From: Anaeromyxobacter sp.
GTDB lineage: Bacteria > Myxococcota > Myxococcia > Myxococcales > Anaeromyxobacteraceae
DNA: 64,000 bases
Direction of reading: 5' to 3'
NCBI GenBank assembly: GCA_049840735.1
Contig: JASGJN010000007.1
Location: 192,001 to 256,000 of the forward strand
Below, piece after piece: positions 33,824 through 44,775 of the stretch. The notes beneath the pieces are model-generated. The model saw only the letters and a list, made by a program, of their open reading frames with translations. It was not told the origin of the DNA and did not search any database. Made by a program: the position numbers and the translations under genes. The number at the start of each line of letters is the position of its first letter. Position 1 is the stretch's first letter.

Positions 33824-34568
33824 ATGGCCCTCCAGCATGCGCTCGTCACCGGTGCCTCCAGCGGCCTCGGCCGCGGGCTGGCCGTCCTGCTCGCCCGCCG
33901 CGGCGTCCGCGTCTACGCCGCCGCCCGGCGCACCGACCGGCTCGACGCGCTGCGCGACGAGGCCGGCGAGGGGATCGTGCCGTTCCCGCTCGACGTGGCC
34001 GACGCCGCCGCCACGCACGCCCAGGTGGCGGCGCTGGACGCCTCCTGCGGCGGGCTGGACCTGGTGGTGGCCAACGCCGGCGTGGGCGAGCAGACCTACG
34101 GCAAGCGGATCCAGTGGGACCTGGTGAAGCGGACGCTGGACGTGAACGTCTCCGGCGCCGCCGCCACGCTGGTGGCGGCCATCCCGGGGATGGTGGCGCG
34201 CCGGCGCGGGCAGCTGGTGGGCATCTCGTCGCTGGCGGCCTACGCCGCGCTGCCGCGGCTGTCCGCCTACTGCGCCTCGAAGGTCTTCCTGGCCACGTTC
34301 CTGGCCAGCCTGCGCCAGGACCTGGCGCCGCTGGGGGTGAAGGTGACGACCATCTTCCCCGGCTACGTGAAGACCGAGCTCACCGCCCGCAACAAGTACC
34401 CCATGCCGTTCCTGATGGAGCCGGAGCAGGCGGTGGAGCGGATTTGGCGCGCCATCGAGCGGGCCGAGGCGGAGGTGGCCTTCCCCTGGCCGCTCGCCGC
34501 CGCGATGCGGGCGCTGGGCGCCCTCCCGCGACCGCTGGCGGAGCTGGCGCTGCGCAGGATGGGGGTAG
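33824..34568 (+). CDS. SDR family oxidoreductase (true end probably ~34568; extra G in a G-run)
   Basis: TGASSGLG, NAGV, YCASK, PGYVKT; similarity to SDRs ends at ATGGGGGTAG. Confidence 0.85.
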
Positions 34569-34577
34569 CGGCGCGGC

Positions 34578-35516
34578 TCAGCGCGCGGCCCGGCGGAGCT
34601 GGGCGCGGGCGATGTCGACGAAGGCCGCCGCGGCCTGCGGGAGCGCCCCGGCGGCCGGCGTCACCAGGCCCACGCTGCGCGGCTCGAGCCCCTGCAGCGG
34701 CACCGCCGCCAGCACGCCGGCGGTCACCTCGCGGGCCACCGCCAGCGCCGGCACCACCGACACCCCCAGCCCCAGCTCCACCAGCCGCTTCAGCACCTCC
34801 ACGCTGCTCATCTCCATGGCGACGGTGGGCGCCACGCCGGCCCGGGCCAGGGCCGCGTCCAGCTGCGCGCGGGCGGCGGTGCTCCGGTCGAGCAGCAGCA
34901 GCGGGTGGGCGGCCAGCGCCTCCAGCGGCGCCCGCCGGCGCCGCGCCAGCGGGTGGCCGGGCGGGCAGATGGCCACCTCGTCCTGCGCGGCCAGCGGCTC
35001 CACCCGCACGCGCTCGAGGATGGGCCGCCCGCCCACCCGCAGGTCGGCCGGGAGCGGCAGCGTGATCACGCCCACGTCCACCGTCCGCTCCACCACCTGC
35101 TCGGCGGTGGCGGGGGAGGGGCGGTTCACCAGCCGGAGATCGACGCCCGGGTAGCGGCCCCGGAACGCCGCCAGCACCGGCGGCAGGACGTAGTAGGCCA
35201 GCGTGTCGCTGGTGCCCACGGTGAGCAGCCCCTCGCGCAGCTCCCCCAGCGCCTGCAGGCTGGCCCGCGCGCCGGCCATCTCGTCCAGCACCCGCTGCGC
35301 CCGGGCCAGCAGCACCCGCCCGGCCTCGGTCAGCTCGGTGGTCCGCCCGCGGCGCAGGAAGAGCCTGGCCCCCACGTCCGCCTCCAGCCGGGCGATGGCC
35401 TGGCTGACCGCCGACTGCGTCCGCCCCAGCCGCTGGGCGGCGCGGGAGAAGCCGCGCTCGCGCGCCACCGCCACGAAGGCGAGGAGCTGATCGCTGGCCA
35501 GCGGCGGAGGCATCAT
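34578..35516 (-). CDS. LysR family transcriptional regulator
   Basis: FSRAAQRLGRTQSAVSQAIARLE..LFLR..LTEAG HTH; substrate-binding domain; divergent from purL. Confidence 0.93.
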   Translation of the reverse strand: MMPPPLASDQLLAFVAVARERGFSRAAQRLGRTQSAVSQAIARLEADVGARLFLRRGRTTELTEAGRVLLARAQRVLDEMAGARASLQALGELREGLLTVGTSDTLAYYVLPPVLAAFRGRYPGVDLRLVNRPSPATAEQVVERTVDVGVITLPLPADLRVGGRPILERVRVEPLAAQDEVAICPPGHPLARRRRAPLEALAAHPLLLLDRSTAARAQLDAALARAGVAPTVAMEMSSVEVLKRLVELGLGVSVVPALAVAREVTAGVLAAVPLQGLEPRSVGLVTPAAGALPQAAAAFVDIARAQLRRAAR

Positions 35517-35664
35517 CGAAGCTAATATCTCGCATCAAGAGGATTCGTTGGCGTGATTTCTTCGGAGGGGCCATAAGAGACGGGCCTCAGGCCGCAGGCT
35601 TCAGGCCTCAGGGGGAAAAGGGCCCCCGAGGCCGGGCGGGTGGCCGTGACCTCCAGGAGCCCCC

Positions 35665-38600
35665 ATGCCCACGCTCGAGCTGCCCGGCGCACCGGCCTTC
35701 ACCCCCGCCCGCCTGGCGCGGCGCCTCCAGCGCGTGCAGGCCGGCAACCCCGGCGTCACCGCCGTCACCGCCGAGTTCGTCCACTTCGTGGACGCCGCCG
35801 CGGCGCTGGACGAGGGGGCGGCGCGGGTGCTGGCGCGGCTGCTGCGCTACGGGCCGCGCAGCGAGCCCCGCACGCTCCAGGGGCGGCGGCTGTGGGTGGT
35901 GCCGCGGCTGGGGACGCTCTCGCCCTGGTCCACCAAGGCCACCGACATCGCGCACATCTGCGGGCTCGGCCAGGTCCGCCGCATCGAGCGCGGCATCGCC
36001 TGGACCGTGGCCGGCGAGGTGCGCGACGAGGGCGCCCTCCGGGCGGCGCTGCACGACCGGATGACCGAGTCGGTGCTGGAGTCCCCTGCGCAGGCGGCCG
36101 GGCTCTTCGCGCGCGAGGCGCCGCGGCCGCTCCGCACCGTGGACCTGCTGGGCGAGGGGGCGCCGGCGCTGGAGCGGGCCAACCGCGAGCTGGGGCTGGC
36201 GCTCTCGCCGGACGAGATCGCCTACCTGGTGGAGAGCTTCACGGCGCTGCGGCGCAACCCCAGCGACGTCGAGCTGATGATGTTCGCGCAGGCCAACAGC
36301 GAGCACTGCCGCCACAAGGTCTTCAACGCGGAGTTCACGCTGGACGGCGAGCGGCAGCCCCGCTCGCTCTTCCAGATGATCCGCCGCTCCACCGAGGCCA
36401 GCCCGCAGGGCGTGCTCTCGGCCTACAAGGACAACGCCGCGGTGATCGAGGGGCACGAGGCGGGCCGCTTCTTCCCCGACCCGGCCACCGGCGCGTACGG
36501 CTACCACCCGGAGCCGGTCCACATCCTCATGAAGGTGGAGACCCACAACCACCCCACGGCCATCTCGCCCTTCCCCGGCGCCGCCACCGGCTCGGGCGGC
36601 GAGATCCGCGACGAGGGGGCCACCGGGCGCGGCGCCAAGCCCAAGGCCGGCCTGACCGGCTTCACCGTCGGGAACCTGCGCCTGCCAGGCGCCGAGCGCC
36701 CCTGGGAGCGGGACCACGGCAAGCCGGGGCGCATCGTCTCCGCGCTGGAGATCATGACCGACGGCCCGCTGGGCGGCGCCGCCTTCAACAACGAGTTCGG
36801 GCGGCCCAACCTGGCCGGCTACTTCCGCACCTTCGAGCTGGAGGTGGACGGCCCCGCCGGCCGGGAGGTCCGCGGGTACCACAAGCCCATCATGATCGCC
36901 GGCGGCTACGGCAACATCCGGGCCGGGCACGTGAAGAAGGACCAGTTCGCGCCCGGCGCCGCCATCGTGGTGCTGGGCGGCCCGGCCATGCTGATCGGGC
37001 TGGGCGGCGGCGCGGCCTCGTCCATGTCCTCCGGCGCCTCGCACGAGGACCTCGACTTCGCCTCGGTGCAGCGCGAGAACGCCGAGATGCAACGGCGCTG
37101 CCAGGAGGTGATCGACCGCTGCTGGCAGCTGGGCGACCAGAACCCCATCGTCTCCGTCCACGACGTGGGCGCGGGCGGCCTCTCCAACGCGCTGCCGGAG
37201 CTGGTCCACGACAGCGAGCGGGGCGCCCGCTTCCAGCTGCGCCGCATCCCCAGCGACGAGCCGGGGCTGTCGCCGCTCGAGCTCTGGTGCAACGAGGCGC
37301 AGGAGCGGTACGTGCTGGGCATCGCCCCCGAGCACCTGGCCCGCTTCGAGGCGCTCTGCGCCCGCGAGCGCTGCCCCTACGCCGTGGTGGGCACCGCCAC
37401 CGCCGAGGGGCAGCTGGTGCTGGAGGACGAGCTGCTGGGCGGCAAGCCCATCGACATGCCGCTCTCGGTGCTGCTGGGCAAGCCGCCGCGGATGCGCCGC
37501 GAGGCCGCCCGGGTGGCGCCGCCCGCCGCCCCGTTTCCTCTGGAGGGCGTGGCGCTGCGCGAGGCGCTGCACCGGGTGCTGCGGCTGCCGGCGGTGGCGG
37601 ACAAGACCTTCCTCATCACCATCGGCGACCGGACCGTGACCGGCCTGGTGGCCCGCGACCAGATGGCGGGGCCGTGGCAGGTGCCGGTGGCGGACGCGGC
37701 CGTGACCGCGGCCAGCTTCGACACCGTGGCCGGCGAGGGCATGGCCATGGGCGAGCGCACGCCGGTGGCGCTGCTCGACGCGGCGGCCTCGGCGCGGCTG
37801 GCGGTGGCCGAGGCCCTCACCAACCTGGCCTCGGCGCCGGTGCGGGCCCTGGGTGACGTGAAGCTCTCGGCCAACTGGATGGCCGCCGCCGGCCACCCGG
37901 GCGAGGACGCCCGGCTCTACGAGGCGGTGCGGGCGGTGGGCGAGGAGCTCTGCCCGGCGCTGGGGATCGCCATCCCGGTGGGCAAGGACTCGATGTCGAT
38001 GAAGACGGTCTGGGAGGAGGGCGGGCAGCAGCGGGCCGTGACCGCGCCGCTCTCGCTCGTCATCACCGCCTTCGCCCCGGTCACCGACGTGCGCCGGGCG
38101 CTCACCCCGCAGCTGCGGACCGACCTGGGCGAGGCCGCGCTCCTGCTGGTGGACCTGGGGCGCGGCCAGCACCGGCTGGGCGGCTCCGGCCTGGCCCAGG
38201 TGTACGGGCAGCTGGGCACCACCCCGCCCGACCTCGACGACCCGGCCTTGCTGCGCGGCTTCTTCGCGGCGGTGCAGCGGCTCAACGCCGAAGGGCGCCT
38301 CCTGGCCTACCACGATCGCTCCGACGGCGGCCTGGCCGTCACGCTGCTGGAGATGGCCTTCGCCGGCGGCGCCGGGCTGGAGCTGGACCTCTCGGCGCTG
38401 GCCGGCGACCCGCGGGCGGCGCTCTTCGCCGAGGAGCTGGGCGCGGTGGTCCAGGTCCGGGCGGCGGACGTCGAGGCGGTGCGGGCCGCCTTCGCGGCCG
38501 AGGGGCTGGGCGCGCACGTCCACGCGCTTGGGCGGGCGGTGGCCGGCGACCGGATCCGGATCCGCCGCGGCGCCGAGCTCCTGCTGGACGAGGCGCGGGC

Positions 38601-39552
38601 CGAGCTGCGCGGGATCTGGTCGGAGACCACGCACCGGCTGCAGGCGCTCCGCGACGACCCCGCCTGCGCCGACGAGGAGCAGGCCGGCCGCTGCGACGCC
38701 GGCGACCCCGGGCTGCACGCCCACCTCACCTTCGACCTCGACCAGGACGTGGCCGCGCCCTTCGTGGCGCGCGGCGCGCGCCCGCGGGTGGCCATCCTGC
38801 GCGAGCAGGGGGTGAACGGGCAGGTGGAGATGGCGGCCGCCTTCGACCGCGCCGGCTTCGAGGCGGTGGACGTCCACATGAGCGACCTGCTCTCCGGGCG
38901 GACCACGCTGGACGGCTTCCGCGGCCTGGCGGCCTGCGGCGGCTTCTCCTACGGCGACGTGCTGGGCGCCGGCGAGGGCTGGGCCAAGTCCATCCTCTTC
39001 AACGCCCGCGCCCGCGGCGAGCTGGAGCGCTTCTTCGGGCGGGGCGACACCTTCGGCCTGGGCGTCTGCAACGGCTGCCAGATGCTCTCCAACCTGCACG
39101 AGCTGGTGCCGGGCGCCGGCGACTGGCCGCGCTTCGTCCGCAACCGCTCCGAGCAGTTCGAGGCGCGCCTGGCCATGGTGGAGGTGCTGGAGAGCCCGTC
39201 GATCCTGCTGCGCGGGATGGCCGGCTCCCGGCTGCCCATCGCGGTGGCCCACGGCGAGGGGCGGGCCGAGTTCAGCGGGCCGGCGCACCGGGGCGCGCTG
39301 GAGGCGAAGGGGCTGGTGGCCGCGCGCTACGTCGACCACCACGGCCGCCCCGCCGAGCGCTACCCGGAGAACCCCAACGGCTCGCCGGGCGGCATCACCG
39401 CCGTGACCACGCCCGACGGCCGGGTGACCATCCTCATGCCGCATCCGGAGCGCGTCTTCCGGGCGGTGCAGTTCTCCTGGCGCCCCGACGGCTGGAGGGA
39501 AGACGGGCCCTGGCTGCGCCTCTTCCGCAACGCGCGGGTCTGGGTGGGGTAG
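35665..39552 (+). CDS. purL: Phosphoribosylformylglycinamidine synthase (large single-chain PurL)
   Basis: [46 protein letters not shown]; 1295 aa. Confidence 0.98.
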   Translation: MPTLELPGAPAFTPARLARRLQRVQAGNPGVTAVTAEFVHFVDAAAALDEGAARVLARLLRYGPRSEPRTLQGRRLWVVPRLGTLSPWSTKATDIAHICGLGQVRRIERGIAWTVAGEVRDEGALRAALHDRMTESVLESPAQAAGLFAREAPRPLRTVDLLGEGAPALERANRELGLALSPDEIAYLVESFTALRRNPSDVELMMFAQANSEHCRHKVFNAEFTLDGERQPRSLFQMIRRSTEASPQGVLSAYKDNAAVIEGHEAGRFFPDPATGAYGYHPEPVHILMKVETHNHPTAISPFPGAATGSGGEIRDEGATGRGAKPKAGLTGFTVGNLRLPGAERPWERDHGKPGRIVSALEIMTDGPLGGAAFNNEFGRPNLAGYFRTFELEVDGPAGREVRGYHKPIMIAGGYGNIRAGHVKKDQFAPGAAIVVLGGPAMLIGLGGGAASSMSSGASHEDLDFASVQRENAEMQRRCQEVIDRCWQLGDQNPIVSVHDVGAGGLSNALPELVHDSERGARFQLRRIPSDEPGLSPLELWCNEAQERYVLGIAPEHLARFEALCARERCPYAVVGTATAEGQLVLEDELLGGKPIDMPLSVLLGKPPRMRREAARVAPPAAPFPLEGVALREALHRVLRLPAVADKTFLITIGDRTVTGLVARDQMAGPWQVPVADAAVTAASFDTVAGEGMAMGERTPVALLDAAASARLAVAEALTNLASAPVRALGDVKLSANWMAAAGHPGEDARLYEAVRAVGEELCPALGIAIPVGKDSMSMKTVWEEGGQQRAVTAPLSLVITAFAPVTDVRRALTPQLRTDLGEAALLLVDLGRGQHRLGGSGLAQVYGQLGTTPPDLDDPALLRGFFAAVQRLNAEGRLLAYHDRSDGGLAVTLLEMAFAGGAGLELDLSALAGDPRAALFAEELGAVVQVRAADVEAVRAAFAAEGLGAHVHALGRAVAGDRIRIRRGAELLLDEARAELRGIWSETTHRLQALRDDPACADEEQAGRCDAGDPGLHAHLTFDLDQDVAAPFVARGARPRVAILREQGVNGQVEMAAAFDRAGFEAVDVHMSDLLSGRTTLDGFRGLAACGGFSYGDVLGAGEGWAKSILFNARARGELERFFGRGDTFGLGVCNGCQMLSNLHELVPGAGDWPRFVRNRSEQFEARLAMVEVLESPSILLRGMAGSRLPIAVAHGEGRAEFSGPAHRGALEAKGLVAARYVDHHGRPAERYPENPNGSPGGITAVTTPDGRVTILMPHPERVFRAVQFSWRPDGWREDGPWLRLFRNARVWVG

Positions 39553-39563
39553 GCTCGGGGGCC

Positions 39564-40445
39564 ATGGGCACCTCGCTGGTGTTCCGGACCTCGCCGCCCA
39601 CCTGGCGCGCCTACGCGGCCGCGCTGCTCTCGCGCCGCCCGGCGCTGGTGCCGGCCGGGCAGACCGTGCCGCGGCTGGAGGCGCGGCTCGACGGGGCGGT
39701 GGCCGGCGCCGTGCCGCTGGCGGAGTTCCGCCGGCTGTGCGGCTGCGCCGACGACGGCGCGCTGCCCATCACCTTCCCGCACCTGCTGGCCAACCCGCTC
39801 CACCTGGCCATGCTGGCCTCGCCCGGCTTCCCGGTGCGGCTGCTGGGCGTGGTCCACGTGCAGCACCGCATCGAGCGGCGGGCGGCGCTCCCGGCCGCCG
39901 CGCCGCTGGACCTGCGCTGCTGGCTGGAGGGGCACCGCGAGACCGCGCGCGGCCAGGTGTTCGAGCTGGAGACCGAGGCGCTGCTGGCGGGCGAGGTGGC
40001 CTGGCGCGAGACCACGACCTTCCTGGCGCGCCGCCCGGCGCCGGCGGGGCAAGGCCCGCGCGGCGCCGCGGCCGAGCCGCTCTTCCCGGCGCGCGCCCGG
40101 TCCGAGGTGATCGCCGCGCCGGCCGACCTGGGGCGGCGCTACGCGGCCGTCTCCGGCGATCACAACCCCATCCACCTCTGGCCGCTCACGGCGCGGCTGT
40201 TCGGGTTCCGCCGCCCCATCGCCCACGGGCTCTGGTCCCTGGCCCGCATCGCCGCCAGCCTGGAGGACGCGCGCGGCGCCCCGGCCACCGCGCTGGAGGC
40301 CAGCTTCAAGCTGCCGGTGCTCCTCCCGGCGGAGGTGCAGCTCCGCGCCTGGGACGAGGGCGAGCGGACCGCGTTCGTGCTGGCGGACGGGGCCGGGGTC
40401 CGGCCGCACGTGACCGGACAGCTCACGTTCGCGCCGCTGCGCTGA
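39564..40445 (+). CDS. MaoC-like double hot-dog acyl dehydratase
   Basis: YAAVSGDHNPIHL..FGFRRPIAHGLW hydratase motif. Confidence 0.88.
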   Translation: MGTSLVFRTSPPTWRAYAAALLSRRPALVPAGQTVPRLEARLDGAVAGAVPLAEFRRLCGCADDGALPITFPHLLANPLHLAMLASPGFPVRLLGVVHVQHRIERRAALPAAAPLDLRCWLEGHRETARGQVFELETEALLAGEVAWRETTTFLARRPAPAGQGPRGAAAEPLFPARARSEVIAAPADLGRRYAAVSGDHNPIHLWPLTARLFGFRRPIAHGLWSLARIAASLEDARGAPATALEASFKLPVLLPAEVQLRAWDEGERTAFVLADGAGVRPHVTGQLTFAPLR

Positions 40446-40601
40446 CCGCGAGGCGGCCTGCGCGCCGTCCCGTCGTCGCGGTGGGTCGGGTGCGCCCCTG
40501 CGCGCTCGCCGCGGACGGTGCGTCCGTGTGCGCCGCAGCCCCTTGTGCTGCAAGCGGCAGGCGTGTGAGGGTCCGCGCCCTCTCGAAGGGGGAAGCACAC
40601 G

Positions 40602-42548
40602 ATGCGACGCGTACTCGGGATGATGGCGGTGGTGGGGCTGGTGGCGTGCGGCGGCGGCGGAGGCGGGAACCCGGACACGTTCAGCCTCGACACCCACGCG
40701 CTGCAGTTCGGGCTCGTCACCGGCGGTGCGGCCTCCGATCCGCAGGTCGTGCACATGACCATCTCGAGCGACGAGGTGGCCTACGTCGCCGCCGGCTACG
40801 TCGACGGCAGCTCCCCGCCTGGCTGGCTGGGCGTCTCCATGGACACCACGCCGGGCGGCGCGGACTTCACCATCACGGTCCACGACGCCGGCCTCTCGCC
40901 GGGCACGTACACCAACACGTTCCAGCTCGGCTCCGCCGACGCCAACGGGAACCTCCTCGAGACCGAGGACGTGACGGTGACCGTGTCCGTGGCGGCCTTC
41001 ACCGTCTCGCCGGGCCTGGTCCTCTTCGACGGGCTCGACGGCCACGCGCCCGGGCCGCAGTCCTTCCAGGTGGCCATCGACACCGCCGGCCACCAGCCGG
41101 TGCCGTTCACCGTCGAGGTGCCGGCCGAGGCCTCGTCCTGGCTGCAGGCCACGCCGGCGTCCGGCTCGGCCGGCCCGGCGGGCACCGCCGTGAGCCTGGA
41201 CGTCTCCAGCCCTCCCGGCTCCTACCAGGCCACGGTCGCGGTGCGGGCCACGGTGGGCGGGCAGGTGGTCACGCGCACCGTGGACGTCGGCTACCAGCGC
41301 GATGCGGAGCACCTCTACGCCGCCGCCAGCGGCGTGGGGCTGACCGCCGCGCCCGGCCGATCGGTGCTGGCGCGCGACGTGAAGGTCCTGTCCAGCCTGG
41401 GCGCGACCGAGGCGGGCTGGGCCGCCAGCGCCGACCAGGGCTGGCTCACGGTGACCGGCAGCGGCAGCGCTGGCCAGGCGCTCCACCTGGCGGCGGATCC
41501 CACCGGCCTGGCCGCCGGGCTGCACGAGGCCACCGTGACGGTGACGGCCGACGACGATGCGCTGGGGAGCGCGTCCGTCCGGGTGGTCCTGGCCGTGCTC
41601 GCGGACGCCCCGGCGGACCTGAGCGTGACCGGCGACGCCTCGCCGGGCATCCACGCTGCGGCGAGCCCGACCGAGCCCTGGGTGTTCCTCTCCAGCGACG
41701 GCCCGGACGTCTCCATCCGCGACGTCCACACCGGCGCGCTGGTGCGCACGCTCAGCGGCGTGGCCGCCCACGCCTTCGAGCTGGCTGTCAGCGGGGACGG
41801 GCGGCAGCTGTTCGTCCACGACCCGATCGTCCCCGAGGTGGTCCAGCTGGACGTCGGCTCGGGCCAGGTGATCCGCCGTTACCCCGGCACGGTCTACGGC
41901 ACGAGCCCGATCGTGGTGATGCACCCGGGCGGCCTGGAGGTGCTGGTCACCGCCGACGGACGCATCCACGACACGGCCACCGGCGCCGAGGTGGGCAGCC
42001 CGGGCCTGGCCGTGCAGCTGGCCGGGAGCGTGGCGGTCTCGCCCGAGCAGACCTACCTCGTGACCAAGGCCGGCGAGATCTCGCGCGTGCAGCGGACCGT
42101 GCTGTCCAGCACCCCGGTCCGCACCCAGTACGCGTTCGGCACCGGCACCATCCAGGGCGGCGGCGGCAACAGCGCCTGCTTCAGCGCCGACAGCGCCATG
42201 GTCTACACCGCCAGCGGCGCCCCCTACGAGTTCCCGGGGGTGAGCATGACCACCCACGAGATCGTGCGGCACCTGCCCGGCAGCGCCTACCCCAACGCCA
42301 TCGCCTGCGCCTGGAATGGCCTGGTGATCGGCGGCATCAACGGCGCCTACGAGCCCAAGGACGTGTGGGTGTACTCGGCCGCCGGGGCGGAGCTGGCCCA
42401 CTTCTCGTCATCTTCCGAGACCACCAACCGCACGCTGTGGGACCACGGGTTGGCGGTGTCGGCCGACGGCGCCCGCCTGGTCACGCTGGTCTCGCGCTCG
42501 GGCGGCGTGGGCGAGGTCCGGTTCCAGACGCTGCCCGCGCCGCAGTAG
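40602..42548 (+). CDS. Surface lipoprotein with tandem BACON/Ig-like domains and a C-terminal beta-propeller
   Basis: Lipobox LVAC; repeated WL.V/GL.PGTY-type beta-sandwich motifs; AVSGDG, VSPE and VSADG propeller blades. Confidence 0.7.
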   Translation: MRRVLGMMAVVGLVACGGGGGGNPDTFSLDTHALQFGLVTGGAASDPQVVHMTISSDEVAYVAAGYVDGSSPPGWLGVSMDTTPGGADFTITVHDAGLSPGTYTNTFQLGSADANGNLLETEDVTVTVSVAAFTVSPGLVLFDGLDGHAPGPQSFQVAIDTAGHQPVPFTVEVPAEASSWLQATPASGSAGPAGTAVSLDVSSPPGSYQATVAVRATVGGQVVTRTVDVGYQRDAEHLYAAASGVGLTAAPGRSVLARDVKVLSSLGATEAGWAASADQGWLTVTGSGSAGQALHLAADPTGLAAGLHEATVTVTADDDALGSASVRVVLAVLADAPADLSVTGDASPGIHAAASPTEPWVFLSSDGPDVSIRDVHTGALVRTLSGVAAHAFELAVSGDGRQLFVHDPIVPEVVQLDVGSGQVIRRYPGTVYGTSPIVVMHPGGLEVLVTADGRIHDTATGAEVGSPGLAVQLAGSVAVSPEQTYLVTKAGEISRVQRTVLSSTPVRTQYAFGTGTIQGGGGNSACFSADSAMVYTASGAPYEFPGVSMTTHEIVRHLPGSAYPNAIACAWNGLVIGGINGAYEPKDVWVYSAAGAELAHFSSSSETTNRTLWDHGLAVSADGARLVTLVSRSGGVGEVRFQTLPAPQ

Positions 42549-42604
42549 CGGGCACACCCGCCGCGGCGGTGGCGCGCGCAGGGCGGGCGAGGGATGATCG
42601 GGGC

Positions 42605-43282
42605 ATGTCCCCTCCATCACCCGCTCCGCCCGCCCTGCTCACCGCGGTGGTGGCCGGCGCCACCGGCCTGGTGGGCCGGGCGCTCGTCACCCAGCTCTCC
42701 ACCCACCCGCGGTTCGGCGCCGTGGTGGCGCTGGTGCGGCGCCCCTCCGGCCTCTCCGGCGGGAGCGTCTCCGAGCAGGTGGTGGACTTCCAGTCGCCCG
42801 GCTCATACGCCGGCGCCGTGAAGGGGGACGTCCTCTTCAGCGCCCTCGGCACCACGCTCAAGGTGGCGGGGAGCGAGGCGGCGCAGTACCGGGTCGATCA
42901 CGACTACCAGCTGCAGGTGGCGGAGGCGGCCAGGGGCAACGGCGTGCCGGCGCTGGTGCTGGTCTCGGCGGCCGGCGCCAGCCCGCGCGCCCGCATCTTC
43001 TACTCCCGGATGAAGGGGGAGCTGGAGCGCGACGTGGAGCGGCTGGCCTTCCCGCGCACCCGGCTGCTCCGCCCCGGGCTCCTGGACGGCGATGGGCAGG
43101 AGGACCGCCCCGGGGAGCGCTGGGCGCTGCGCCTGCTGCGGCCGCTGGGCCCGGTGCTGCCCGCCCCGCTGCGGCCGATCGCGGTGGCCACGGTGGCCCG
43201 GGCGGCCATCGCCGCGGCGCTGGACCCGGCGCCGGGGCTGGTGCGCTGCGAGGCGGCCGAGCTGTTCCGGCTGGGAGGTTGA
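42605..43282 (+). CDS. NAD(P)-binding oxidoreductase (atypical SDR, YraR/TIP30-like)
   Basis: VVAGATGLVG, SALGTT, VDHDY, FYSRMKGELE, RPGLLDG. Confidence 0.85.
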   Translation: MSPPSPAPPALLTAVVAGATGLVGRALVTQLSTHPRFGAVVALVRRPSGLSGGSVSEQVVDFQSPGSYAGAVKGDVLFSALGTTLKVAGSEAAQYRVDHDYQLQVAEAARGNGVPALVLVSAAGASPRARIFYSRMKGELERDVERLAFPRTRLLRPGLLDGDGQEDRPGERWALRLLRPLGPVLPAPLRPIAVATVARAAIAAALDPAPGLVRCEAAELFRLGG

Positions 43283-43312
43283 GTCCGGCTGGGCGCCGGG
43301 GAGATCGTGGTG

Positions 43313-44476
43313 CTACGCCCGGGCGCGGGGCGTGGCCAGCGCCTCGGGAGCGGGCGGGGCGGCCGTGGCGCGGGCCTGCGCGGCCTGCGCCTCGCGGGCG
43401 CGGCGGGCCAGGGTGGCGGCGACGTGGGCCGCGTCGCGCCCCACGCCGTGGATCATCCCGGAGGACATGGCGTACATGAAGTGGAGGCCCAGGAAGTAGA
43501 GGCCGGGCTCGCCCGGCACGACGCCGCGTCGCTGGCGCGGGTGGCCGTCCGCCTCCAGCACCGGGAGGTCGATCCAGGAGAAGCCGGGCTCGTAGCCGGT
43601 GCACCAGATCACGTTGGCCACCGGCAGCGCCTCGCCGCCCTCCACCACCGGCAGGCCGCCCCGGGCGCCGGTCACCCGCGGCACGAAGCGCACGCCGGCG
43701 GCGGCCAGGTCGCCGCGCCGGGCGCGGATGAGCGGGCCGCCCTTCGAGACGATGGACGGGCGGGCCTTGCGGCCCATGGGCGTGTCCAGCGTGAGCAGGC
43801 GGTGGAAGACCACCCGCAGCAGGAGCGGCGCCAGCACCCGGCGGCCGGCCCGGCCGGTGATCCGGAACGGCACCTGGCCGACGTCGCGGCCTGAGAGCCA
43901 GGTGGGGTGGCCCTGCCTCGCCAGTTCCAGCGCCAGCTCGGCGCCGGAGTTGCCCGCGCCCACCAGCAGCACGCCGCCGGGGCGGAGCTGGGACGGGCGC
44001 AGGTACTCGCAGGAGGTCACCTGCACGATGGCCGGATCGAGCGAGGCCGCGAAGGCCGGCCGGCGGTGGGCCTGGAACGAGCCCATGGCCACCACCACGG
44101 CGTCGGCCTCGAGCACCTCCACGCCGGACTGGACCCGGTAGACGCTCCCGCTGCGCCAGAGCCGCTCCACCTTGAACCCGGTCCGCACCGGGAGCGCGAA
44201 GCGGCGGGCGTAGGCCTCGAGGTAGTCCGCCATCTCGTCCTTGGTCGGGAAGGTGTCCGGCGCCGCCGGGAAGGGCAGGCCGTCCAGTCCGTCGAGGCGC
44301 GCCGGGGTGAAGAGGCGCAGCGAGTCCCAGCGCCTGCGCCAGACGTCGCCCACCCGCTGGCAGCCGTCCACGATCAGGAAGCGGAGGCCGCGGCGCGCCA
44401 GGTGGTACCCGGCCGACAGCCCCGCCTGCCCCGCCCCGATCACCAGCGCCTGGAGCCGCTCGCCCGACTGGCCCAT
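43313..44476 (-). CDS. FAD/NAD(P)-dependent flavin monooxygenase (CzcO-like)
   Basis: VIGAGQAGL, WDSLRLFTP, LVGAGNSG, VIWCTGY, PGLYFLG. Confidence 0.88.
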   Translation of the reverse strand: MGQSGERLQALVIGAGQAGLSAGYHLARRGLRFLIVDGCQRVGDVWRRRWDSLRLFTPARLDGLDGLPFPAAPDTFPTKDEMADYLEAYARRFALPVRTGFKVERLWRSGSVYRVQSGVEVLEADAVVVAMGSFQAHRRPAFAASLDPAIVQVTSCEYLRPSQLRPGGVLLVGAGNSGAELALELARQGHPTWLSGRDVGQVPFRITGRAGRRVLAPLLLRVVFHRLLTLDTPMGRKARPSIVSKGGPLIRARRGDLAAAGVRFVPRVTGARGGLPVVEGGEALPVANVIWCTGYEPGFSWIDLPVLEADGHPRQRRGVVPGEPGLYFLGLHFMYAMSSGMIHGVGRDAAHVAATLARRAREAQAAQARATAAPPAPEALATPRARA

Positions 44477-44775
44477 GGTCCGCCTCCTTCCGCGCGACGG
44501 CGCGGCCTGGGCGCGGGGTTAGCGGCGGGAGCCGCGGCGGCCATGGTCCGCGCGGGGCCGCCCGGGTCGCTCCCCGAAGGGCCGCGGGCGGGCATGCGGG
44601 CGCCCGCTGGGGCTGCGGGGGTGGGTGGCCCGATGCCGCGGGCAGCCAAGGGCCTGAATAGACTCGGCACCCAGCCGTCGAGGGGGACGGCGCGCCTTGA
44701 CGGGCCCGGCCAAGCCTGCAATCTAGGCCCGCCCGCCGGCCCCGTCCTGGGCCAGAGGCCCGGAACTACCAGCGA

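Noticed and set aside
35608..39444. Long antisense ORFs (opposite purL, hppA, pgaBC, dcp and others)
   Set aside because: Typical stop-poor shadow frames of high-GC3 genes, with no recognisable motifs.
35665..39552. Large single-chain PurL as an unusual feature
   Set aside because: A well-known form of the enzyme; not novel.
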